DNA of 32,000 bases from Candidatus Kuenenia stuttgartensis (GCF_900232105.1 NZ_LT934425.1:240001-272000), one strand, 5' to 3'; positions 15,063 through 24,903 are shown, numbered from the stretch's first letter. Made by a program: numbers and translations. The notes: a model not told the origin generated them from the sequence alone.

Positions 15063-15527
15063 TTACTTTCTTCGCCATCCGCTCCATACAGGAGTTCCTT
15101 TTTCATCGCGAAGCGTTAATACAGCATCGCCCTTCCTGACATTTGCGGCAATGATTGCCGGTTTTCCTTCGAAATTAATCCTCGAACCTTTGACCTCAAT
15201 CATATCATTCTGTTCGATAGCAATTTCCTGGTTCTCAATATACCAGGCCGGACCCAGATGAACCGGAATTTCTCCCTTATCCGTTTTTAGCGTAAGGTGT
15301 ACACCGCCGGACATGCCCTTCTGAGGGATAAAGATATCTACATTCGTCACCTCTCCATGTAAGGTCTCTACAGTAGCCGGATCAAATAACCTCCCGTATT
15401 GTCCGCTTGTACTCCAGCCACAACTTCCTTTCCACTTCATACCCCCCTTGGGCTGGGAAAAGGATTCTGTTAACATACTGGTAGTAACTATTACCACTAC
15501 TGCTACAATCACACTTATCTTCTTCAT
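15063..15527 (-). CDS. Secreted beta-rich protein of unknown function
   Basis: Signal peptide MKKISVIVAVVVIVTTSMLTESFS is followed by GGVHLTLKTDKGEIPVHLGPAWYIENQ...IEVKGSRINFEGKPAIIAANVRKGDAVLTLRDEKGTPVW, a pattern I recall from conserved hypothetical periplasmic proteins. An AAGGAGAG SD precedes the ATG at 15527. Confidence 0.6.
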   Translation of the reverse strand: MKKISVIVAVVVIVTTSMLTESFSQPKGGMKWKGSCGWSTSGQYGRLFDPATVETLHGEVTNVDIFIPQKGMSGGVHLTLKTDKGEIPVHLGPAWYIENQEIAIEQNDMIEVKGSRINFEGKPAIIAANVRKGDAVLTLRDEKGTPVWSGWRRK

Positions 15528-15656
15528 TTCGCATTCTCTCCTTTCTTTATTATCTCTGAACAGCAACCGCTATGTCGCACTTGCGACACGCTGTAATCAG
15601 GAAAAACATTTAATTTTTATACGATAGCTGTTGTTTTCAAGCTGGAACAAATACCA

Positions 15657-17066
15657 TCATAATTGTCTCAGGAAGGCAACGAGGTCATTTTTCTCTTCCA
15701 CATTCAGGTTTGTTTCTAACACAAGGTTAAAAAATTCCACAGTATCTTCCAGCGTCAACAATCTCCCGTCGTGCAGATAAGGGGGCGAATCTTTAATTCC
15801 CCTGAGAGGGAATGTCTTGATAGGCCCTTCTGCGCGGATATACTGACCATTGATCACCTGCGGCTTGTAGAATCTCTCAACCTGAAGATCGTGCATAAGG
15901 TTATCGGTGTAATATGGTGCAGGGTGACATTTAAAGCATTTTCCTTTGCTGAAAAATATTGCCTGTCCCCTTATTTCAGAATCGGTAGCCTTTTTTGTAT
16001 CTAGGCGGCCAAAAATATCAAGTTTTGGCGCTGGAGGAAAATCCAGAAGCGACTGAAACTCTGCCATGAAATGTACCTGGCTGCCGCGTTCAAGAATATT
16101 TGTACCTTTCTTTATTGCCGTCAGAATATCTCCGTCAAAATATGCGGCTCGCTGCTCAAACTCAGTGAAATCCTCTATGGATTTTAATGCGCGTTGCGAC
16201 CCGAAAAGCCGCTGAATATTAACCCCACGTAACGTTGGGGTATCGAGGCGATTTCTATGAGATTGCGGACGGATATCTCCCACCAGATGCGTGGCTGCCG
16301 ATGTGTGGCCATTCAGGTGACAATCAAAACAGGTTACTCCCTGACTGGGCTTTTCACTCTTCCTGTCAGCAGTTGCATTAAACTGCTGCTGAGGAAACTG
16401 TGTTACCAAAAGCCGCAGGCCCTCAAGTTGTTTAGGATTTAAAAGACCATTAAACAATTCATAATAGTTTTCCAAAGTCACCACTTTCCCCTGAGACACA
16501 TCTCCTTTATCCTTATGAGTAGTAAGAAAAATGGCAGGCGGAAATTCTGGCAAAAAATACTCCGGTATGTCAAAATCCAGATCAAAGCGCTTCAGCCGTG
16601 GGAATTTTTCCACCTGTATTTGAGAAAACAACATCCCGCCGGTGGCATGGTTTGGATGGGGCAGAGGAAGATACGGAAATACATTTTTTTCTTTTATATC
16701 TTCCGGCGTCATAGTTGACAGTTTTTCCCATGACATTCCATCTTTCAACCGCGCAGTGGGCCCTACCGGCAAAGGTTTTCCACGTGACATGGTGACGTCG
16801 TTCGTTACTTTCATGGAGAGATCATAGCGTTCATTAAGCAAATCCATATGGCGTTTCATAATGCCGTCCTTCTTTGCTTTATCATGTTCAATAGCCTTAT
16901 CAATCGGTTCTTCTATGACTGAAGAATAGCTAGATTCCCTACTTTCCTGTTTTATAATTGGCTTGTCAGAAATCGCGCCTTCCTGTGCATGGGAAAACTT
17001 CAATCCTGCACAAAATAATATAGTAATAGTCAAAAGTCTTATGCCGTATTTCCTTTCAATAACCAT
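15657..17066 (-). CDS. Dihaem cytochrome c peroxidase / MauG-family protein
   Basis: Signal peptide, then two haem c motifs (GVTCFDCHLNGH and KGKCFKCHPAPYYTDN) at CCP/MauG-like spacing. The conserved C-terminus is PLRGIKDSPPYLHDGRLLTLEDTVEFF. There is a strong AGGAGGAGG SD. Confidence 0.85.
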   Translation of the reverse strand: MVIERKYGIRLLTITILFCAGLKFSHAQEGAISDKPIIKQESRESSYSSVIEEPIDKAIEHDKAKKDGIMKRHMDLLNERYDLSMKVTNDVTMSRGKPLPVGPTARLKDGMSWEKLSTMTPEDIKEKNVFPYLPLPHPNHATGGMLFSQIQVEKFPRLKRFDLDFDIPEYFLPEFPPAIFLTTHKDKGDVSQGKVVTLENYYELFNGLLNPKQLEGLRLLVTQFPQQQFNATADRKSEKPSQGVTCFDCHLNGHTSAATHLVGDIRPQSHRNRLDTPTLRGVNIQRLFGSQRALKSIEDFTEFEQRAAYFDGDILTAIKKGTNILERGSQVHFMAEFQSLLDFPPAPKLDIFGRLDTKKATDSEIRGQAIFFSKGKCFKCHPAPYYTDNLMHDLQVERFYKPQVINGQYIRAEGPIKTFPLRGIKDSPPYLHDGRLLTLEDTVEFFNLVLETNLNVEEKNDLVAFLRQL

Positions 17067-17069
17067 ACC

Positions 17070-17795
17070 CTACCTCCTCCTTTTAAGTTCAAAATTAACG
17101 TTTACCGTCTTTCCCTCTTCCACCACAACCTCTTTGGACAAAGACATAAGCCTTTCGTGCCAGGTTTTTAGCACATATTTACCAGGTGGAACACCTTCAA
17201 TACTATAATTTCCTGCATCGTCGGTAACTGCAAAATACGGATTCTCAAATGAAACGACAAATCCGGACATTTCTGCATGTACATTGCAAAGCAGCGGGGT
17301 TTCTCCCACAACATCGAATAAGACTTCTTTCACAACGCCGGCGGGATAGGTGCCAAGGTTAAATTGCATTGCAGCAGTTGGGGGAGAGAAAACATTGTGT
17401 CGTACAGCATCACTATTCGGAAAGTCAACAACGGTGCCTTTTTGTATTGCTATTACATGCGGAACATAGGTTAAATTCAATTGGTCTACTACCGCATGTT
17501 CTTTTGGCGGATCAAATACGTTATCTCCAACTTTTTCAATAAACACAATAGCATCGGCATTTGTCCTTGATCTCGCACAGGTAACAACCCCTTTAATGGT
17601 TCCCGCATTCTCGATTTCCGGAACATTTTTAACCGCTTTTTTTAACTCCAATTGTGCGGCGCTAAGTTTCTTCTGTAGCGCTGCCGCTTCTTCAGCGCTT
17701 AAAGTCTCTCCCTCCTCTGCGTATACCAACGGCACTGCATTAAGCGTAAATACAATGAAAAACAAGACAAAAAAGTTCATCACATTTTTTTTCAT
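17070..17795 (-). CDS. Secreted amicyanin-like cupredoxin domain fused to a carboxypeptidase-regulatory-like domain (the 'MauG-associated' protein type)
   Basis: YVPHVIAIQKGTVVDFPNSDAVRHNVFS...LLCNVHAEMSGFV gives the His...Cys-x2-His-x2-Met spacing of a type-1 Cu site; CNVHAEM is at 17268-17288. The C-terminal YFAVTDDAGNYSIEGVPPGKYVLKTWHE is CarboxypepD_reg-like. The start is uncertain (17795 or 17825). Confidence 0.7.
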   Translation of the reverse strand: MKKNVMNFFVLFFIVFTLNAVPLVYAEEGETLSAEEAAALQKKLSAAQLELKKAVKNVPEIENAGTIKGVVTCARSRTNADAIVFIEKVGDNVFDPPKEHAVVDQLNLTYVPHVIAIQKGTVVDFPNSDAVRHNVFSPPTAAMQFNLGTYPAGVVKEVLFDVVGETPLLCNVHAEMSGFVVSFENPYFAVTDDAGNYSIEGVPPGKYVLKTWHERLMSLSKEVVVEEGKTVNVNFELKRRR

Positions 17796-17841
17796 TTGTA
17801 CTTTTCTCTCTTTTGCAAAAAACATTTAATAATTAACCTTA

Positions 17842-18210
17842 TTAAATACGCCCCCCATTTTCCCCCAGGATTCCTCTTATCGTATTTTTTAATTCTTTAA
17901 GATCAGATGATTTTGTTAGGTATGCATCGGCCGGCCATGACAAAAAACTTGCCTTATAACAACTATATGCCGTGTTGATAATGACTGGTATTTTTCTATG
18001 CTCGCTTAAAATTTTCCCCATAGACTCAAGTCCATCCATCTTAGGCATAACAATATCCATTACTATTATATCCGGTAAATAATCATCTACCATTTTTATG
18101 CAATCTGTTCCATCCCCTGCGGTTACAACATTATACCCTTCCCTTTCCAATTCCTGTTTGTACCATAAGCGTTGATTTTTATCATCTTCTACGACTAGAA
18201 TAGTTTTCAT
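17842..18210 (-). CDS. Stand-alone response-regulator receiver domain (CheY-like)
   Basis: MKTILVVEDD...DIIVMDIVMPKMDGLE...PVIINTAY....YLTKS carries the acidic pocket, phospho-acceptor Asp, T/S and K positions of REC domains. There is no output domain. A GGAGGG SD is present. Confidence 0.9.
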   Translation of the reverse strand: MKTILVVEDDKNQRLWYKQELEREGYNVVTAGDGTDCIKMVDDYLPDIIVMDIVMPKMDGLESMGKILSEHRKIPVIINTAYSCYKASFLSWPADAYLTKSSDLKELKNTIRGILGENGGRI

Positions 18211-18658
18211 ACGTCCCTCCTTTGTAAATCACTTTCAATCACCATATTTACAGATACAAAAAACAATTTGGCTTTAGGACGGTTATTATTTTTCTTTTTT
18301 TATCTACCAGAAAATATCTCTTTCCCGCATGCTACACTATTAATTTATATTTACCAATACCCTAAAATGGGTACACCCGTTCTAGTGTACCCAAAAGTAT
18401 GTACCACGATAGAAACACCTTTATTTAGCGTATAGAGCCGCCATGATTCCCTCTTCACAACTTCTTTCATAGCCCTTCTTTTGCGGGAAATACCTGCGGG
18501 TATGATTTATAAATACATTTTTTCAAACGAATATTTATAACATTTATTTGTGTGTTCATTCCATTTTCTAATTGAAAACCACACCATCTCCATCTTCTCA
18601 GTTCAGCGGTTTAGTGGTTTTTTTATCCTGAGAAATAGTATAACACCAATTGCTTTCT

Positions 18659-20311
18659 CTATATTGTCTCTACCGCTTTAACAATTTCTTTATTTAATTT
18701 GTCAAACCCTTTAATGTATTCAATCCGCTCACGCCTCAAATCAGACACCTGTTGCGCAATACTTGTCTCATTGTAAAATTTCTCAACCCTATAATTGGAA
18801 ATGTCCATACCTTCAACGTATGCAGGCGACGCGAAATTCCAATGCCTGTCATTTTCCCATTTAATTGTTCCGCGAACAATGCCCCGGATTATCGCTGACA
18901 TTTCTACAATCTCTACACGCTTCACCTTGCGCTTTGTTACCTTCTTTCCATCCGGCAGTTTTTCAATAATCTCCCCTACTCCACCTGTATTTAACTGGTA
19001 ACATTGCACCTTACCTTCATTTCGCTTTACAAAATCATAAAACCAGTTTCCATCATAGGATTTATCTCCTATGATAAATGGATTTGTTCCAACGGAACGG
19101 ACAGACTCCCCCGCTCGTTTCGGGTCGCCAGCGGACGTTTCAATCGATTCTCCAAGCATGAATACTGCTCCTGCCTGTTCCGGAGTAAGTTTCGCCGCTA
19201 AAGGAACAACCGTATGGCGGCGTGTAATGAATGCAACAATTAATCCATCCATTTCGTCAATAGCCGGTAAATCAATACTCTCTGAAATATACGGATGTAA
19301 ATCACTCCGGAGCATAATCCCACGACCGTTACTCGTTAGTGTATAGTCATCGAAAAAAACATTTCCTTCATAATCAACCATGACATTTTCAAAGATGGCA
19401 TTCCGTGATATTGAGGCCTTGTAGATAATTGGTTGAGAGACAGCGTCTAATCCTTCCGTCTTTAAATAAAACCCGCGTTCTGAGCCATAAGCAGAGCCGT
19501 CTTTTTTGAGAAATACCACATCATCCTGTAATATTTCAATACCCTCTCCCTCATCGCTCAAATCATGTGTATGGCATGTATGGGTTGTTTTGCCCGTACC
19601 GCTCAACCCCAAAATAAGCATCCCGTATTTTTTTATGCCGCCATCAATTCCCCTTGCTTTTATAATCTTAGCGCCGGCATGGAGACCAAGCATCCCCCTT
19701 TGTTTAGCATTCCACATAGCCATTCTCAGGAACCCTTTTTTGGATTCGCCGTAATAATCCGTCCCCAGGACAACCGTAGTGCTTATTTCAGGAAAGACTA
19801 CTATTTGCCTGGCACTCTCCTGCCACTCTGGGATATATATTATATATTGTTTCGGCTCTGTTTCCTGCTTTGGCGGGAAGAGAGCGGCCCATGCCATGTA
19901 TGCCAGGCGGATCATTTCCGGACGTTGTATGGAGACAAAAATAGTACAATTCGGCGAGAATTCACGATTGTCACCCATATTCCGGTTAATCCTGACAAAT
20001 GGCGCTTTTCTTATATATAATTCAACAGAATCCAATGTTTTTGCGAGATTATTCACTATTTCTGTTTGTAGGGGATGAAGAGACGTTTGACATACTTCAG
20101 GACTTCCTATGCACACGGTTAATTTAGCGCTGCGATTCTTTACGGTAGAATGGACTGCAATATTTCCAAATTGTGTAAACAAAGCGTGCCTTTCTGCATT
20201 ACGCCGCAATGTCCAATCAGTGGAATTAATTACATTTGGTGCTTCTTTTAAATATTGTACTATCCTGTTTATTGACTGAATCTCGTTTTCGAACGATGTG
20301 GTTGAAATCAT
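18659..20311 (-). CDS. pckA: Phosphoenolpyruvate carboxykinase (ATP)-family protein, divergent
   Basis: Kinase-1a motif GLSGTGKTTH, upstream YYGESKKGF and LHAGAK blocks, and downstream AIFENV and FDDYTLTSNGRG blocks parallel E. coli PckA motifs. AAAGGAGAG precedes the ATG at 20311. Confidence 0.7.
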   Translation of the reverse strand: MISTTSFENEIQSINRIVQYLKEAPNVINSTDWTLRRNAERHALFTQFGNIAVHSTVKNRSAKLTVCIGSPEVCQTSLHPLQTEIVNNLAKTLDSVELYIRKAPFVRINRNMGDNREFSPNCTIFVSIQRPEMIRLAYMAWAALFPPKQETEPKQYIIYIPEWQESARQIVVFPEISTTVVLGTDYYGESKKGFLRMAMWNAKQRGMLGLHAGAKIIKARGIDGGIKKYGMLILGLSGTGKTTHTCHTHDLSDEGEGIEILQDDVVFLKKDGSAYGSERGFYLKTEGLDAVSQPIIYKASISRNAIFENVMVDYEGNVFFDDYTLTSNGRGIMLRSDLHPYISESIDLPAIDEMDGLIVAFITRRHTVVPLAAKLTPEQAGAVFMLGESIETSAGDPKRAGESVRSVGTNPFIIGDKSYDGNWFYDFVKRNEGKVQCYQLNTGGVGEIIEKLPDGKKVTKRKVKRVEIVEMSAIIRGIVRGTIKWENDRHWNFASPAYVEGMDISNYRVEKFYNETSIAQQVSDLRRERIEYIKGFDKLNKEIVKAVETI

Positions 20312-20507
20312 TTTCTCTCCTTTCTTCATGTATGATTCTTAAAACAGACTTTTACACAATGGACCATCAATAACCAAACCCGCCTCATTATAATAAACAC
20401 ATATAATAGGCAAACAGCAAAATACTTTAAATAATAATTGCCATTCATGCCTCTGGATTTTAGAATGAGGCTTGTAAAATATCCGCATACATTCAGCTTA
20501 AGCCAAC

Positions 20508-21101
20508 ATGGAAAAAATAAAGTTGCAGGCGTTATCAGCTCTCATATCCCGATACGTAGACAGAAAAAGGCTCATCCGGGAAAATCCACATATCACAAAT
20601 GAAATGATTGATATTTTTTTTCAAAAGGGCTCAGGGGACAGTGAAGCGGGAACATCCATTGCCTCATCCCCTCATTCTTTATCACCAAATAAGAAATTTC
20701 ATACATTAGTTATTCATACAGACGGCGCTTCGCGTGGAAATCCGGGAAAGGCGGGAGCTGGCATTGCAATTTTTGATGGCAATTATCATCTTGTTGAAGA
20801 AATCGGTAAATTTTTAGGAGAAGCCACCAACAATGTAGCGGAATATGAAGCCATGATTCTTGCCGCCCAAAAAGCCGTCTCTTACTATCCCGGCAAAGTA
20901 GTTTTCAAAACTGACAGCGAACTGCTGGTACGGCAGGTAAAGGGCATCTATCGGGTAAAAAATCCTACGCTGATATCTCTCCATAAAAAACTCATGACTC
21001 TTTTTAAAACGCTGCCATTGTGGGAAATATCTCATGTTCCCAGAGAAGAAAATTCTCTTGCAGATACCATTGCCAACAGAGCGATTGACTCCGCATCATA
21101 A
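20508..21101 (+). CDS. RNase H (type 1) family protein with ~65-aa N-terminal extension
   Basis: IHTDGASRGNPGKAGAGI...ATNNVAEYEAMILA...FKTDSELLV.Q....YRVKN...REENSLADTIAN carries the DEDD active-site contexts of RNase HI-like proteins. Confidence 0.85.
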   Translation: MEKIKLQALSALISRYVDRKRLIRENPHITNEMIDIFFQKGSGDSEAGTSIASSPHSLSPNKKFHTLVIHTDGASRGNPGKAGAGIAIFDGNYHLVEEIGKFLGEATNNVAEYEAMILAAQKAVSYYPGKVVFKTDSELLVRQVKGIYRVKNPTLISLHKKLMTLFKTLPLWEISHVPREENSLADTIANRAIDSAS

Positions 21102-21179
21102 AGTGCGTTAAATTAATAATTGAATAATAGTTACCTGTGTGATATAGTTACCTCGAAAAGTTCACCTTTTAGCACAAAC

Positions 21180-21899
21180 ATGTCAAATCCAACTGTTAAC
21201 GATAACAACCATACGCTATTACAAGCTATAAATATATACAAAGAATACAAAAGCGGTGAACAAATATTACCCGTCTTGCGAGAAATATCCCTGTCGGTTG
21301 AAAAGGGTGAAATTGTTGTAATCGTAGGTGCTTCAGGCGCCGGGAAAAGCACATTATTACATATCCTAGGGGCTTTGGATACACCGACTTCCGGCTCTTT
21401 ACTTTACAAAGGGAATGATGTATCCCGGTTAAGTCCGTCAAAACAAGCTGAATTGCGCAACCGCGTTTTTGGTTTCGTTTTCCAGTTTTATCATCTTCTG
21501 CCTGATTTTACTGCATTGGAAAATGTTTTGCTACCCTGTTTTATAGGAAAACAATTTTCAAAAAATGCGCCGTCAAAGGAGAATTTTCATAATCGGGCAG
21601 TTTCTCTCTTGGAAAGGGTAGGGCTTGGTGGTCGATTAACACACAAGCCGCATAAATTGTCCGGAGGAGAAAAACAACGGGTAGCAATTGTACGGGCACT
21701 TATCAATCAACCTGAATTGTTATTATGCGATGAACCTACGGGAAATCTTGACACACAAACGGGCGATGGAATCAGAGACATGATATGGGGATTGAACAAA
21801 ACCATGCATCAAACAGTTGTCATTGTTACGCACGATCAAGGCATGGCAGACCAGGCAGACCGGGTTATTAAAATAACAGACGGCCGCATTATCTATTAA
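21180..21899 (+). CDS. ABC transporter ATP-binding protein, LolD/MacB-type
   Basis: Walker A is GASGAGKSTLLHILG, the signature is LSGGEKQRVAIVRAL, and Walker B is LLLCDEPTGNLD. The H-loop is VTHD. The ATG at 21180 is preferred over the upstream TTG. Confidence 0.88.
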   Translation: MSNPTVNDNNHTLLQAINIYKEYKSGEQILPVLREISLSVEKGEIVVIVGASGAGKSTLLHILGALDTPTSGSLLYKGNDVSRLSPSKQAELRNRVFGFVFQFYHLLPDFTALENVLLPCFIGKQFSKNAPSKENFHNRAVSLLERVGLGGRLTHKPHKLSGGEKQRVAIVRALINQPELLLCDEPTGNLDTQTGDGIRDMIWGLNKTMHQTVVIVTHDQGMADQADRVIKITDGRIIY

Positions 21900-21930
21900 A
21901 CAGCATGTGAAAGGAGTAAACAAAACTACA

Positions 21931-22788
21931 ATGGGATTAAAGGTTTATATAAGCGGTAAATTATTTCCAAAAGAAGACGCCAAAATATCCGTATTTGACC
22001 ATGGACTTCTTTATGGCGATGGTGTTTTTGAAGGCATACGTGTTTACAATCAAAATATATTTGCGCTGGATGAACATATTGACAGACTTTACAATTCTGC
22101 CAGAGCCATTGACCTTACCATACCCATAACAAAACCGGAAATGGTAAAAGCAATAAAAGATACTTTAGAAGCAAATAAACAAACTGATGCTTACATAAGA
22201 ATTGTTGTTACCCGCGGTACCGGAAAACTTGGCCTTGATCCCAATAAGTGTTCCACTCCGGAAATTATTATCATTACAGATATGATAGAATTATACCCTA
22301 AAGCCCTTTATGAAAACGGACTGGAAATAGTTACGGTAACTACCATAAGGAACCATTACTCTTCCCTGGACCCAAAAATCAAGTCTCTTAATTATCTGAA
22401 TAATATCCTGGCGAAAATTGAATCGATACGGTCAAACGCAGGCGAGGCATTGATGCTCAACAAAGATGGTTATGTGGCAGAATGTTCCGGGGATAATATT
22501 TTCATTTTTAAAAATGACACGCTTCTCACTCCTCCGGAAAGTGCCAGCATATTAATTGGCATTACAAGAAACTGCGTCATGAAACTCGCAAAAGATATGG
22601 GAATTACCGTAAGAGAGGAATTAATGACGCGATATGATTTGTACTTTGCAGATGAATGTTTTTTAACAGGAACTGCCGCGGAAATTATACCGGTAGTAAA
22701 AATCGACGGGCGAACGATAGGCACGGGCAAACCTGGAAAAATCACTCTCGACCTATTGGCACGTTATCGCCTGCTAACGACAAAATAA
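21931..22788 (+). CDS. ilvE: Branched-chain amino acid aminotransferase (fold type IV)
   Basis: The VFDHGLLYGDGVFEGIRVYN..IF.LDEHIDRLYNSA, IRIVVTRG and EALMLNKDGYVAECSGDNIF..K....TPP blocks are typical for IlvE/class IV aminotransferases. Confidence 0.88.
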   Translation: MGLKVYISGKLFPKEDAKISVFDHGLLYGDGVFEGIRVYNQNIFALDEHIDRLYNSARAIDLTIPITKPEMVKAIKDTLEANKQTDAYIRIVVTRGTGKLGLDPNKCSTPEIIIITDMIELYPKALYENGLEIVTVTTIRNHYSSLDPKIKSLNYLNNILAKIESIRSNAGEALMLNKDGYVAECSGDNIFIFKNDTLLTPPESASILIGITRNCVMKLAKDMGITVREELMTRYDLYFADECFLTGTAAEIIPVVKIDGRTIGTGKPGKITLDLLARYRLLTTK

Positions 22789-22789
22789 C

Positions 22790-23269
22790 CTATTGCCCTG
22801 ATTTTTTATGCTTTGAAGGAGAAAATGAGGCGAAGACCATTAGCGAAATACCTACACAAATCAAGCCATCCGCTACGTTGAAGGTGGGCCAATGATATTT
22901 TTCGCCCAAGTGCAAATCAATAAAATCCCTCACGCATTTAAACCATATCCTATCCCACAAATTTCCAATAGCACCCGCCAGAATAAGCCCTAAAGCAACG
23001 TTCGAACTAAAGATATTTTTATCTGATTTAATATAAATAAATAAAATTGCCGCAATAGCCAGAAGAGAAAGTAAGATAAATATATTGGCTTTCCCGGGAA
23101 ACATCCCAAAGACTATCCCTTTGTTTTCGCTTTGTATTATATTTAGAAACCCGGGAATGATCGTTATTTTTTTAAACCGGTCTGGCTGAGAAAAAACATA
23201 CCATTTTGAAACAATATCAGCAAAAATGCCACTTACAATAGTAATGACAAACGAAATTTTTTTCTTCAT
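22790..23269 (-). CDS. lspA: Lipoprotein signal peptidase (signal peptidase II)
   Basis: NKGIVFGMF, GAIGNLWDRI, VRDFID and WPTFNVADGLICVG motifs with four TM segments. Confidence 0.92.
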   Translation of the reverse strand: MKKKISFVITIVSGIFADIVSKWYVFSQPDRFKKITIIPGFLNIIQSENKGIVFGMFPGKANIFILLSLLAIAAILFIYIKSDKNIFSSNVALGLILAGAIGNLWDRIWFKCVRDFIDLHLGEKYHWPTFNVADGLICVGISLMVFASFSPSKHKKSGQ

Positions 23270-23275
23270 AGCTGA

Positions 23276-23650
23276 TTAGATGTTGCCAAGTTCTTCTTCC
23301 CTTTGACAATTTACGCAAAGACTTGCATAAGGGACCGCTTTCAATCGTTCCCTGTTAATTTTCTTCTCGCATGCTTCACATATGCCAAAGGTGCCTTCTT
23401 CTATCCTTTCCAATGCATCATCTATGCTTCGCACGCTATCTTCTCCGCTCTGCATAAGCTCAATCATCAGCTCCCGCTCATAGTTGTCTGTACCAACATC
23501 TGCCATATGGATAGGAACGTTTGATAAATCCCCCGATGCATCTTGTCTTGATTTTTTCAATGTCTCTTCCTGCATGTAATCAACCTTTCCAACCAATTTT
23601 TCCCTTAGCGAAAGGAGCAGCTTCCTGTAAGGTGCGTATTCATCCTTCAT
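23276..23650 (-). CDS. DksA/TraR-family C4 zinc-finger regulator
   Basis: The C-terminus is FGICEACEKKINRERLKAVPYASLCVNCQ with a preceding coiled-coil region. A GGAGA SD sits before the ATG at 23650; alternative ATGs are at 23662 and 23698. The gene lies 6 nt upstream of lspA. Confidence 0.85.
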   Translation of the reverse strand: MKDEYAPYRKLLLSLREKLVGKVDYMQEETLKKSRQDASGDLSNVPIHMADVGTDNYERELMIELMQSGEDSVRSIDDALERIEEGTFGICEACEKKINRERLKAVPYASLCVNCQREEELGNI

Positions 23651-23958
23651 TTCTTTCTCCATAAAATTAATTTGGCAGAGAACTATTCCACAAACCATAG
23701 CACACTATACTTGCAAGTAAATATTTGGGAAGTTTAGCACATATTAGTAATTAGTCAATGAAATTCTAATGCCGTTTTTATGCACTTTTGATATAGTTGT
23801 GAGTAATATTGCGTAATGTTGTTTAGTGTTGTTTCACCAGTGTTTTCACCTGTTTGCTATCTAAACTTGTTATAGTGTTTCTTTGTCTGCGTCGGTGTGT
23901 TTTTGTGATTGGGTATGAAGCTGATACGACATAAAAACAGTGTACAGGGGTTATTGCA

Positions 23959-24903
23959 TTACCCACCTTTTTTCAAGCCAAACGATGCAATACGTTCTTC
24001 CCGCTCTTTCTTCATCTGTTCCGCACATTCCTTCAGTGCATCTTCTACCGGCTTGGGAGCATGTCCGGTAATTTCTTTAAATCGATTGTTTGAATAGACT
24101 GAATCATTTATAAGACTTTCTGCTAACGCCCTCGCAATAGAATTTGGGACGCCTGTTACAAACTCTACCCAGAGAGACGATAACGAAATAGCAAAAAATG
24201 GCACGGGTAAAATGACATTTGCATAACCATGTATCGATTTTCCGCAAAGGGACAACAAGTCACGATAATGCATTATATCCGATCCTATTTCAAAGATTTC
24301 ATGTCCTTTTATATCCCTTTTAATCGACTTCTCAAGCACTTCAACGGCATCTTCAAGCGCAATGGGGGCGCACAGTGAATTCAGCCACTTTGGCGTTATC
24401 ATTATGGGGAGACGCTTCGCAAGGTAATATACCATCCTGTACGAGGCGCTGCAGGTACCCAGCAGGACGCTTGCACGGACTTCACCCACACTTATCCCGT
24501 GTGCTGCAAGCGCTTCCCCTGTTTCCCTCCTGCTCTTCAAATGGTGCGAAAGTTTTTCATGCTTTGGAATAATACCGCTTAAATATATAATCTTTTTTAT
24601 CTCTGTTTTAGACGCCGCTTCCCCCGTTTTTTGAGCATACATTTTATCAAGAGACTCAAATCCGGAAGATTTTAGAGAATGTACCAAATATACCAGAACT
24701 TCAGCGCCTTGAAGAAAATCCCTAATACTTTCAGGATATTCCAGATTCACCGTCCTCCACGTCAATCTCTCAGAAACCAAACCGTTGACGGTCTTGTTTT
24801 CGGATCTGCATGCGGCAATTATATTATGATCATTGGCGGTAATAAGTTTTTTTATGAGGCTATGCCCAACACAACCTGTCGCTCCAAGAATTGCTACTTG
24901 CAT
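23959..24903 (-). CDS. NAD(P)-binding atypical SDR / NmrA-like family protein
   Basis: The N-terminus MQVAILGATGCVGHSLIKKL shows a GxxGxxG Rossmann motif. The length and the remaining pattern resemble NAD(P)H-binding epimerase-like proteins. The substrate is unknown. Confidence 0.7.
   Translation of the reverse strand: MQVAILGATGCVGHSLIKKLITANDHNIIAACRSENKTVNGLVSERLTWRTVNLEYPESIRDFLQGAEVLVYLVHSLKSSGFESLDKMYAQKTGEAASKTEIKKIIYLSGIIPKHEKLSHHLKSRRETGEALAAHGISVGEVRASVLLGTCSASYRMVYYLAKRLPIMITPKWLNSLCAPIALEDAVEVLEKSIKRDIKGHEIFEIGSDIMHYRDLLSLCGKSIHGYANVILPVPFFAISLSSLWVEFVTGVPNSIARALAESLINDSVYSNNRFKEITGHAPKPVEDALKECAEQMKKEREERIASFGLKKGG

Noticed and set aside
18369-18392. Palindrome GGGTACAC-n8-GTGTACCC, followed by a third ATGTACCAC half-site, in the 448-bp pckA/response-regulator intergenic region. 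It could be an operator. I also looked here for a sigma-54 -24/-12 element.
   Set aside because: It is a single occurrence in the window. The nearest sigma-54-like string (TGGTAC-n5-TTTGG on the minus strand) lacks the conserved GC of the -12 box. There is not enough support to call a site.
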